NCBI GenBank assembly: GCA_964430885.1 | Contig: CAYSHM010000006.1 | Location: 32,001 to 96,000 of the forward strand | DNA length: 64,000 bases | Source: an uncultured archaeon | Lineage (GTDB): Archaea > Thermoplasmatota > Penumbrarchaeia > JASLWR01 | Reading direction: 5' to 3' | Shown: positions 10,425 to 19,066 of the stretch, in pieces | Layout: each line of letters starts with the position of its first letter | Position numbering within the stretch: position 1 is the stretch's first letter | Made by a program: the position numbers and the translations under genes | The notes under the pieces: generated by a model | The model's input: only the letters and a program-made list of their open reading frames with translations | What the model was told of the DNA's origin: nothing | The model's database searches: none

Positions 10425-10838
10425 GTGGAATATATGTTTATCAAGATAATCTGCGGTAATGAAGATTGTAGAAGCGAATTCTCCGCTGACACTTTGGACC
10501 CATTCTGGGAATGCCTGGAATGTGAAAGAAATATCGAGAACAAATACTTTCCCTTTCTGACTGCTCGGTTGATGGAAGCGAAATCGCATACTGATACAGA
10601 TTGGCACTCACCATTCAAGGAGCATTTTGATATGATCAAAGGGTTCATAGAGGAAAAGGTATCCTTATTGAGGAGCAGGGATGACAGTTTTGTTTTACCC
10701 GAGAAATATTCCCTGGATGAATTGGAGGAAATACGGTCCGGGGGAAACATCAATAAGGATGATTTTGATCTCTTGATAGACAAGGGTCATGCCGTTGCCA
10801 TTTATCTTATAGAACAGATGAAAACGGGGTCAAAATAA
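10425..10838 (+). CDS. Hypothetical protein with N-terminal zinc ribbon
   Basis: CGNEDC...WECLEC cysteine pairs; 137 aa. Confidence 0.6.
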   Translation: MEYMFIKIICGNEDCRSEFSADTLDPFWECLECERNIENKYFPFLTARLMEAKSHTDTDWHSPFKEHFDMIKGFIEEKVSLLRSRDDSFVLPEKYSLDELEEIRSGGNINKDDFDLLIDKGHAVAIYLIEQMKTGSK

Positions 10839-10884
10839 TTTTCCGTCACGATGATATATGATATTTTTCCCGCTTTTGACGCAA

Positions 10885-11700
10885 TCAGACCTGGACCTTA
10901 TCATTTGGGTGTACGACCAACACCGGAACCCTGGAGTTCATCACAATATTGTCCAGTGTTTTTGAGAACATATCCTCCATCTTTCTCATGTGATGGGAGC
11001 ATATCAGCATATCATGGGTTTGTGAATGCTCTACGGCTGCATTATCCACCGTTGTAAGATTGGTCAGTGTGGATACCCGTACACCTTTCATTTTCAGGGT
11101 TAATCCCATGTCTAAGATCTCCTTTGTCAGCTTAGTTTTCACTCCGATTTTGTCAGCTCTGGGAACGAGGAAGGTGAAGCGGCAGTTATACGTTGAATGG
11201 AAATGTTTCAGGATCCTGGACGTGTTTGCCACTCTCCTCTCTTCCATGTTGATGACCAGAACTCTTTTAGGCGTTTCAAGGAAATCAGGTTTATTAAGGA
11301 CCAGCATGGGCAGCCCAACTCTTTTATTCAGGGACTGAAGCAATGGGTCCATCTTTTTGGTCTGCAGTCCGAATTTATCATATGTCTCTGCAATGACAAG
11401 GTCAATTTTATTATCCACCGCATATGATGCCACCTTTTCAGCGGGATTACCATCCACCACAGTTACTTTAGCGAAGATATCCAACTCCTCAAGTTTCTTT
11501 TTTGTTATCATTGCGGTCCTCTGAGCCCCTTTCTCCGAAAGTTCTTTGAAAATATTATCCAGATGACTGGTAGTTGTCTGAGTTTGATCGAAAATCGAGA
11601 TCACATGGAGATTACTATCAGGAAACAGATCATTGATATACAGGAGGGCATTGTCCATGATCTCCACGTTATCAGTTACCATCATTACCCTTTTGAACAT
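10885..11700 (-). CDS. Universal stress protein (tandem USP domains)
   Basis: MFKRVMMVTD, GNPAEKV...DLVI, C-terminal SRVPVLVV. Confidence 0.85.
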   Translation of the reverse strand: MFKRVMMVTDNVEIMDNALLYINDLFPDSNLHVISIFDQTQTTTSHLDNIFKELSEKGAQRTAMITKKKLEELDIFAKVTVVDGNPAEKVASYAVDNKIDLVIAETYDKFGLQTKKMDPLLQSLNKRVGLPMLVLNKPDFLETPKRVLVINMEERRVANTSRILKHFHSTYNCRFTFLVPRADKIGVKTKLTKEILDMGLTLKMKGVRVSTLTNLTTVDNAAVEHSQTHDMLICSHHMRKMEDMFSKTLDNIVMNSRVPVLVVHPNDKVQV

Positions 11701-11981
11701 TGGATATTCACCTAGTATTGCTGTATCTTATTTAGCTTAAAATGGGGAACAAGGATTTAAAAATATGGGCCATACAAATTTATATCCTAACCCTGAGCCC
11801 TGATTGAAGGTTCCGGTAGGCCTATTAATATTAGTTTATTCAATCACTACTGGACATGGGAATTGTTTTTTTCATAATCATTGTTCTAATCGATTTATAT
11901 TATTTAAGGACGATTTTCTTTTTTATGATTACCAAACACTTAAAAGAAGGTGTCAAAGGTTCTGTCTTTGATGATAATGCA

Positions 11982-11998
11982 GAAAAACCTTTTATAGA
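11982..11998 (+). promoter_or_regulatory. Putative BRE/TATA promoter upstream of tRNA-Asp
   Basis: GAAAAACCTTTTATAG: purine-rich BRE followed by TTTTATA. Confidence 0.45.
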
Positions 11999-12093
11999 AA
12001 AAAAATGATTTCCAGCAAGTGTGTCTATCTGGTTCTGGTAAGGAGTGATGAATATTGCTTCTTATTTCAGAATCGAGATTGACCAAAGAAATT

Positions 12094-12171
12094 GCCCCGA
12101 TGGTGTAGCTGGGCCCATCATATCGGCCTGTCGAGCCGATGACACGGATTCAAATTCCGTTCGGGGCGCCA
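12094..12171 (+). tRNA. tRNA-Asp(GTC), CCA encoded
   Basis: Acceptor stem GCCCCGA/TCGGGGC, anticodon arm TCGGC-CTGTCGA-GCCGA, TTCAAAT T-loop, 3' GCCA then T-run. Confidence 0.96.
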
Positions 12172-12271
12172 TTTTTCTTTTTCTAAAAATAATAAGACAC
12201 AATAATATTGTTTAAGGGTTTTTGTTGTTCATTCATCGATAAGGAATCCAATTTGATTAGCAGGTTTTACC

Positions 12272-14044
12272 ATGAGGATAGCTGTAGTTCTGGAAGATAA
12301 ATGTCACCCGAAGAAATGTCACCATGAATGTAAAAATTTTTGCCCGAGGGTAAGAATGGGTGATGAGACAATAACCCTTTCAAAGGCCAAGAGACCTATA
12401 ATCAACGAAATGCTCTGTGTGGGTTGTGGCATATGCGTTAATAAGTGCCCCTTCAAAGCCTTGAAGATCATAAATTTAAAAGAGGCTCTGGACGAGGACC
12501 TGATACATCAGTTCTCCAAGAACGGTTTCAGGTTATTCCGTCTGCCTGAACCTAAAGCAGGACAGGTAGTTGGTATCCTTGGTAGAAATGGGATTGGGAA
12601 AACAACAGTGATAAATATCTTATCCGGCCAGTATTTAGCAAATCTAGGAAAATATGAGGATGATCCAAAATGGCATGGGGTCCTTGACAAGTACTCCAAT
12701 ACTCTTTTAGCTGAACATTTCGAGAAACTATCCAAGGGTGAATTGCGGGTCTCTCTCAAACCCCAGTATGTTGATAAGATCCCCAAAGTGATTACCGGAA
12801 AGGTAAGGACAATTTTGAAGGGTATTCCCACTGAAAGGGACCTGGATGAAATTATCACATCACTTGATCTGGAACCGGTACTTGATAGGGAGATGGACCA
12901 GCTATCTGGCGGGGAACTCCAGAGGGTAGCTATCGCAGCCAGTGTTCTTAAGGAAGCGGATATTTATTTCTTTGACGAACCGTCTTCTTACCTTGATATT
13001 GCCCAGAGATTGAACATCTGTAAACTGATCCACAAGCTGACCAAAGATAGGAATGTAATGGTGATAGAGCACGATCTGGCGGTCATGGATTTCCTTTCTG
13101 ATTCAATATATTTGATGTATGGTTCAGAGGGCGCCTATGGTGTGGTTGCCCATCCTAGAAGCGCCCGAAATGCCATCAATACTTACCTGCGGGGCTTCTT
13201 GGAAAAGGAAAATATCCGAATAAGGAACTATGCAATCAATTTTGAGAATAGGGGACCGAAAAAGGAATGGAAATCCAGTCCCATGGTTCAATTTCCTGAG
13301 TTGAAAAAGGAATTTGACGGCTTCACCATCTCATCTGGTAGCAGCATGATACATTATGGTGAGGTTGTCGGAATGGTAGGTCCCAACGCCATAGGAAAGA
13401 CCACCCTTGTTCAAATGCTTGCTGGAAAATTGGAACCAACCGAAGGCGAGGTGGATGCAGACCTGGAAATATCCTACAAGCCCCAGTATATCAAGACCGA
13501 CCTTGACTGTACTGTGAAGGATTATTTCTATATGGAGCTGGGGGCGGATCTTGAAGACGGCTTCTTCAAAGCCCATATCGAAGGGCCCTTTTCTTTGGAA
13601 ATACTATATGACCGTCAGATCGATACCCTGTCCGGCGGTGAGCTTCAGAGAGTGGCGATAGGTGCCTGTCTGGGTAAGAAGGCGGATATATATCTCCTTG
13701 ATGAACCTTCCGCATATCTTGACTCTGACCAGAGAATGGCCGTGGCCAAGTCTATCAGAAGGGTCATTGAGAAATCCTCAAGCGCAGCCATGGTAGTTGA
13801 TCATGATGTATATTTTATAGATCTAATATCGGATACATTGATGGTTTTTACAGGGGAACCTTCTGTTAGGGGTTTGGCCCTTGGACCCTTTGATCTAAGA
13901 ACCGGAATGAACCGTTTCCTAAAGAGTGTTGATGTTACTTTTCGAAGGGATAAAGAAACCCAAAGACCCCGAATAAACAAGTTCGAATCAAGGCTTGATA
14001 GGAAACAGAAATCCGAAGGAGAATATTATTATTCCTATGGATAA
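12272..14044 (+). CDS. ABCE1/RLI ribosome-recycling ATPase
   Basis: N-terminal Fe-S cysteines (CVGCGICVNKCP), two Walker A/LSGGELQR/DEPS cassettes, GEYYY end. Confidence 0.97.
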   Translation: MRIAVVLEDKCHPKKCHHECKNFCPRVRMGDETITLSKAKRPIINEMLCVGCGICVNKCPFKALKIINLKEALDEDLIHQFSKNGFRLFRLPEPKAGQVVGILGRNGIGKTTVINILSGQYLANLGKYEDDPKWHGVLDKYSNTLLAEHFEKLSKGELRVSLKPQYVDKIPKVITGKVRTILKGIPTERDLDEIITSLDLEPVLDREMDQLSGGELQRVAIAASVLKEADIYFFDEPSSYLDIAQRLNICKLIHKLTKDRNVMVIEHDLAVMDFLSDSIYLMYGSEGAYGVVAHPRSARNAINTYLRGFLEKENIRIRNYAINFENRGPKKEWKSSPMVQFPELKKEFDGFTISSGSSMIHYGEVVGMVGPNAIGKTTLVQMLAGKLEPTEGEVDADLEISYKPQYIKTDLDCTVKDYFYMELGADLEDGFFKAHIEGPFSLEILYDRQIDTLSGGELQRVAIGACLGKKADIYLLDEPSAYLDSDQRMAVAKSIRRVIEKSSSAAMVVDHDVYFIDLISDTLMVFTGEPSVRGLALGPFDLRTGMNRFLKSVDVTFRRDKETQRPRINKFESRLDRKQKSEGEYYYSYG

Positions 14045-14159
14045 TAAGCCAATAAATGTGTTCTGGACATCTCCCTAATTCTTACCAACCGTTAAGGATA
14101 AATACCATTATACCGATACGATTGTAGATTATTCCTATATTATTTATTCAGGTGATATT

Positions 14160-16016
14160 ATGGTAACCTGTCCCTTATGCGGAAATGAAACTACCTATTT
14201 CGAAGAATATCAGCAATGGTACTGTTCCAACTGCAAAGCCTATCAGAAGCAGATAGAAGAAGCTTTAAGGATTCATTTTGAACGGAAGAGCCAGGATGAA
14301 GAACTAATTGACTCAGAAATGGATGCCCCAGCCGAATCAGAGGAAACTCCAACTGAAGAAATCCATTCCGATGGCGGGGATGCTGAAGAGATATCGCCTG
14401 AGGATGAGGTGGATTCAGATCTTGATTTCGAAGATGCTCTAGGGTCATTGGAGGATATCATGGGTGAGGACGAACCTTCGTCTGACACGGAAGCCGAAAG
14501 TGGAATTGAAGAGCAATCCGAGGAGGAAGATGAGGTAGCCGCCGATGTGTATGAGGAATCAGCCGAAGTAGCGGAAGAGGATTTGGTGGAAGTGAGCACT
14601 GGGGAAGAAATGGTGGACATTATTTCTGAAATTACGACTGATAACGTCCAGGAACAGGATTCAGACCAAGTTCAAGTGGAAATCAAGGCAGAAGAGGATA
14701 CCCCCGGCAGTAAGGACACGTTAGAAATAACCGATGGTAAGAACTGTCAGAATTGCGGATATCTAATGGAGTCGGATTGGATAATATGTCCTGAATGCAT
14801 GAGTTTATATGAGGAGCCGGAAGAAGTGCCTTCAGTGACGGATGAGGTATCCCTGGAAGAAGATCATGAAGTGATGAAAAGGGACCAGGAAATAGTGGAC
14901 GATGAACAAGAGGGTGCTGAAGCTGTAGAGATCACCCCTGAACCGGAACCCGAACCTGAAATGGTAACCGAAGCTCGGCAGCCAACATACGATAATAAAA
15001 AGAAGAATCCCAATTATTGGCTGGTCCTTGCTATGATCAACATCAGAAAGAATAATTTGAATAAATCGATACAGGCGATTCAAAGAGCATTGAAATTAGA
15101 TGAATCAAACCATCTCGCGTGGTATTTAAGAAGCTCAATCTATAAAATGATGGGTGAATATGAGAAGGAAGGAAAATGCATGGATAAGATCTTCCAGAAT
15201 AATTCCACTCTTGTATCCTACTCACAGATAATAACACCTGCACCGGAATCTCAGATTGACGATGTTGTGCCAGTTATTCAAGAGGAGGAAATAGTTCCTC
15301 AAGCCATGGAAGAGATGAGTTTTGAACCGACACCTGAGCTGGATTCTCCGGAATTGAATATATCAACTGAAATTCCCATGGAGATGCCTTTGGATGATCA
15401 AGTTGAATCAATGCCAGAAGATATTCCTTCAGAGGCTATAGAAGAAGCACCGGTTGGTGATCAACCAGAACCAGAATATGGAGAGATTCCTGCAGAGGTC
15501 ACGATGGAAGTCGCAGTTCCCTACGAAGAACCCTTAGAGGATCTTTCATTGGATGAAAAGCGGCCTACGCCAGAGGAGATTCCTGTAGAAGATGTAGAGG
15601 AATCAGCGTTTAACTACGAAGAACCCTTGGAGGATATTTCATTGGATGAAGAGCAGCCAACGCATGAGGAAATTCCCATTCCAGAGGAAATCCTAGCAGT
15701 AGAAGATGCAGTGGATATTCCTATCGATGAAGTTCCTGCGGATTTTGATGAACCTCCTGAAGATGTTCAGGAAAGCGAATCATTAGAGGTTCCCGAACCA
15801 TTGCTCGATGAACCAATACCGCCAGAAGCAGTGGAACCGGTTTTGGAAGAGGTTGCAGCCCAGGTACCTGAGGTTCCTTCATTGGATGAGGTTCCTATTC
15901 CAGAGCTAGTTCCCCAGGATATGGAAGAAAAAGATAAAACTGAGGAAACCGATGAATATATGGAAGAAGAGGAAGAGATTGATGATATGCTTGGAGATCT
16001 TCTGGATGATCTCTGA
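14160..16016 (+). CDS. Highly acidic protein with two zinc ribbons and a TPR pair
   Basis: CPLC..YCSNC and CQNC..CPEC; TPR-like NPNYWLVLAMI...NHLAWYLRS; E/D/P-rich low-complexity regions. Confidence 0.75.
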   Translation: MVTCPLCGNETTYFEEYQQWYCSNCKAYQKQIEEALRIHFERKSQDEELIDSEMDAPAESEETPTEEIHSDGGDAEEISPEDEVDSDLDFEDALGSLEDIMGEDEPSSDTEAESGIEEQSEEEDEVAADVYEESAEVAEEDLVEVSTGEEMVDIISEITTDNVQEQDSDQVQVEIKAEEDTPGSKDTLEITDGKNCQNCGYLMESDWIICPECMSLYEEPEEVPSVTDEVSLEEDHEVMKRDQEIVDDEQEGAEAVEITPEPEPEPEMVTEARQPTYDNKKKNPNYWLVLAMINIRKNNLNKSIQAIQRALKLDESNHLAWYLRSSIYKMMGEYEKEGKCMDKIFQNNSTLVSYSQIITPAPESQIDDVVPVIQEEEIVPQAMEEMSFEPTPELDSPELNISTEIPMEMPLDDQVESMPEDIPSEAIEEAPVGDQPEPEYGEIPAEVTMEVAVPYEEPLEDLSLDEKRPTPEEIPVEDVEESAFNYEEPLEDISLDEEQPTHEEIPIPEEILAVEDAVDIPIDEVPADFDEPPEDVQESESLEVPEPLLDEPIPPEAVEPVLEEVAAQVPEVPSLDEVPIPELVPQDMEEKDKTEETDEYMEEEEEIDDMLGDLLDDL

Positions 16017-16350
16017 ATTTCAAAATCGGTATGATATTGAATGAAAAAATCTACATTGGAATTACGGCGTTCAGTATTTCCAATCCAACTATTAAAACTC
16101 CCATTACCACAAGAACCGCTCGGGGATCGATTTTTATTGAGGTTTCTTCCTCGGCATCAAAATATCTTATCAGACCTGCAGCCGAGTGAAATCCCTCTCC
16201 CTTTTTACCTTTTTTCGGAGGTGCCATAATTCTACTTCCAATAATATTTCATTCCTATAAAATCAACAATGTCTAACATCAACTTTTTATAAATTATTTT
16301 TCCCCTTGTTACATGGAACGATCAAACCATTATCTTTCCCAAAACCACAA

Positions 16351-17196
16351 TTAAAATGAATTACAAAAATCCTTCATTAATCTATATGGAATATTCATAT
16401 TGCCTCTGCCGGTTCCCAATGTAACACCTGGTTTGTTCTCACCATGATAGTCGGTTCCGCCTGTCATAAGCAGATTGTTCTTCCTGGCCACCGTCTCCAG
16501 GAATTTGGTTTGTTCTAGGCTATTTTCAATATAATATACCTCAATGGCATCCAAACCCTGTTCTATTAAACCCCTGATTATTTCGGTTAATGATTTTTTC
16601 TGGTCTGGAATTAGAAAAGGATGTGCCATCGATACCTTGCCGTTGTAATCTTTAATGAGATCCATAGCTATTTCAGAAGTAAAGGTTTTTCTTGGGACGT
16701 AGCATAATCCTCCAGCATTCAGATATTTATTAAAAGCTTCATTTAAAGATGTCACTAGTCCGTTATTGAAAAGAGCCTTTCCTATATGCAGCCTGCCTAC
16801 AACATTTCCTTCCGCCTCTGATCTTACCATGTCCATAGTAAGGTGTATATCATGTTCATCTAGTTTCTCGAGTATTCTGTCGTTCCTCTCCACTCTTGCC
16901 TTCTTGATCCAATCCATTTCTTTTTCAAATGCTATGGATTCCGGAGAATTGAAGTAACCCAAAATATGAAGATTTCCGTAATGATCTTCGGTTCCGATCT
17001 CAATACCATGAAGAAATTCTATATCATTTTCAATTGCACATCCATATGCCTCTGGGCATCCCGACATAGTGTCATGATCGGTTAGAGCTAATCCCTTCAA
17101 ACCTTTTCCAGCGGCAATTTTTATTAAATCATTAGGTTTTATTGTCCCGTCGGACATAGTTGAATGTACATGCAGATCTACTAACCCCTCGCTCAT
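16351..17196 (-). CDS. PHP-domain phosphoesterase (TrpH/YciV-like)
   Basis: DLHVHSTMSDG, LTDHDT, LHILGY, GRLHI, AHP, TGGTDYHG. Confidence 0.93.
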   Translation of the reverse strand: MSEGLVDLHVHSTMSDGTIKPNDLIKIAAGKGLKGLALTDHDTMSGCPEAYGCAIENDIEFLHGIEIGTEDHYGNLHILGYFNSPESIAFEKEMDWIKKARVERNDRILEKLDEHDIHLTMDMVRSEAEGNVVGRLHIGKALFNNGLVTSLNEAFNKYLNAGGLCYVPRKTFTSEIAMDLIKDYNGKVSMAHPFLIPDQKKSLTEIIRGLIEQGLDAIEVYYIENSLEQTKFLETVARKNNLLMTGGTDYHGENKPGVTLGTGRGNMNIPYRLMKDFCNSF

Positions 17197-17338
17197 GTTC
17201 CGGTAAACATAAAATAGTGTATTTATAAAATGTGCCAGTATAATGCTAATGTGGTAAAAAGCCCCATGATGGGTTGATATGAAGTAAATGAAGAAAAAAT
17301 GCCGATCCCTGCTCGCTCGGTATTAATTGAGAAAAAAA

Positions 17339-17412
17339 TGGGCCAAGCCGGATTCGAACCGGCGATCACCGCCATGTCAAGGCGGCGTCATAACCAACTA
17401 GACCATTGGCCC
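17339..17412 (-). tRNA. tRNA-Val(GAC)
   Basis: Reverse complement GGGCCAATGGTCTAGTTGGTTATGACGCCGCCTTGACATGGCGG...GTTCGAATCCGGCTTGGCCCA. Confidence 0.96.
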
Positions 17413-17705
17413 TAATATTTTCATTCATAATAATACCACATTTATTAAAAAATTTTTGTCTTAAATGTTGGATTATCCATAACTGAATCCATATTTGATT
17501 ATTAGTTGAAAGATTGCCATAGAAAAAAGGGTAGAATTGATAAGGATAAATCATATAATAATAATAATAATAATATTGTTTTGTATGTACTCAAGGGAAT
17601 CCGTATCAATAATGGTTCTTCGACTATCGGAGTAAACAATAATTGGATTAATTATAAATCGATTATAGTGATTATTACTGTATCAATCTCGGAGTGTAAA
17701 ATAAT

Positions 17706-19052
17706 TTGAAAAGCGAGATAAAGAGAGCCCTGTTTTGGGACATTGGAATTCCAGGCCCTCCGTTGGAGATAGAGATTCATCCGACTGAGAAGAGTAATTT
17801 AGAGATAAATCCCTGTAAATGTTTAAAGGAAACTCTGGTAAATCCGAAGACCTTAGGTCAGAGCCAGCTTGAGAAGATAGTACATCAAGGCTGTGAACTA
17901 GGTGTAAAAAAATGGATTTTCAAGGGTGATGGTGAACCATTGCTTATCAAGGACCGGCTGATTAGTTTAATGCAGTATATCAAGGACCATATGGCCCATG
18001 GAACACTCCAGACAAACGGAACAATGTTCACCCCGTCCAATGTGACTGATATCGTCACAATGGCCTGGGACCGGATAGAGATATGTATGCCAAGCTCAGC
18101 GGAGGATAATTATTTTCAAATCGTCCAAACAGAGAAGGCTTATGAACATATCATCAATGGCATAGATATGATAACTGACATCAAGGATGAATTGGGAACT
18201 GACAAACCGGTCATTGATATATTTCTTCCAATAACTCCGAAGACCTATGATAACATTGGAGATATGCTGAAATGGGCTAAGACCAAGGATATCAATAGGG
18301 TAAGGGCCGAGCCCCCATCAGCACTATCCAGCGCGGAACTGGAACTGATCAAACTTGATACCAATGAACTAAATCTATTGAAGAACCACATACCCAGCTA
18401 TCATTCTCTGGCAAGATCACTGAATATAAAGTTCGATATAATACCCATCAATGAGGAGTTCACGCCCAAATTAGGGAAAAAAAGAAAGAAGGACGAACGG
18501 AATAAATCCAAAGATTCCGACCTCTCATTTCCATCCAATGAACTTGATTCAGAAACCCTATTTTGTTTAGAACCATATCTAAAAATGGTTTTCAGACCGA
18601 GATTGGGAATAGGCCCTTGTCCAATTTCCAGATATGAACAGGATAACAAGAACTACCTGTCAGCGAATGAGTTGGCCGAGAATGATCTTGATGATTTATG
18701 GAAAGCCCCTCTTTTCACGTATTTAAGAGAGAATGCTAAGACCGGTTTTGTTGATTTCTATTGTAATAATTGCCCCAAGCGTTTAAGAACCAGGCAGATG
18801 AAATCTATTAAATCTTTGAAGCTCAGCCGAGATCGTTTCCTGAGAAATACAATAGATGTGATGATCAGGAACAAATCTGAGAATGACCCTCGGATCAAGG
18901 AGAGATTGGACCGTATACGTAAATTGACAAAGGATATTAACCTAAGACAGGGTGAATTGGTCGAAATGAGAAGATATCATTTGGAACTAGAAAAAATACG
19001 CTCTCGCTTCCCCTATAGGGTTTTGAGAAAATTACGTGTGATAAAGGAATGA
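17706..19052 (+). CDS. Radical SAM/SPASM-like protein with degenerate Fe-S motif
   Basis: EIHPTEKSNLEINPC at the CxxxCxxC position; GDGEPLL, TNGT; SPASM-like CLEPY..GPCP..CNNCP. Confidence 0.7.
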   Translation: MKSEIKRALFWDIGIPGPPLEIEIHPTEKSNLEINPCKCLKETLVNPKTLGQSQLEKIVHQGCELGVKKWIFKGDGEPLLIKDRLISLMQYIKDHMAHGTLQTNGTMFTPSNVTDIVTMAWDRIEICMPSSAEDNYFQIVQTEKAYEHIINGIDMITDIKDELGTDKPVIDIFLPITPKTYDNIGDMLKWAKTKDINRVRAEPPSALSSAELELIKLDTNELNLLKNHIPSYHSLARSLNIKFDIIPINEEFTPKLGKKRKKDERNKSKDSDLSFPSNELDSETLFCLEPYLKMVFRPRLGIGPCPISRYEQDNKNYLSANELAENDLDDLWKAPLFTYLRENAKTGFVDFYCNNCPKRLRTRQMKSIKSLKLSRDRFLRNTIDVMIRNKSENDPRIKERLDRIRKLTKDINLRQGELVEMRRYHLELEKIRSRFPYRVLRKLRVIKE

Positions 19053-19066
19053 TATCGAATTACCCT

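Noticed and set aside
16017-16350. Intergenic region with GC patches as a possible ncRNA, or the 62 aa ORF 16041-16229
   Set aside because: No recognisable SRP, RNase P or sRNA motifs and no convincing stem could be established by eye
17366-17554. 62 aa ORF overlapping tRNA-Val, and similarly 36296-36478 over tRNA-Ala
   Set aside because: They overlap clear tRNA genes and are spurious
17506-17709. 67 aa ORF with a poly-Asn run
   Set aside because: Arises from an AT-rich (AAT)n intergenic stretch between the tRNA-Val and radical-SAM-like promoters; no coding features
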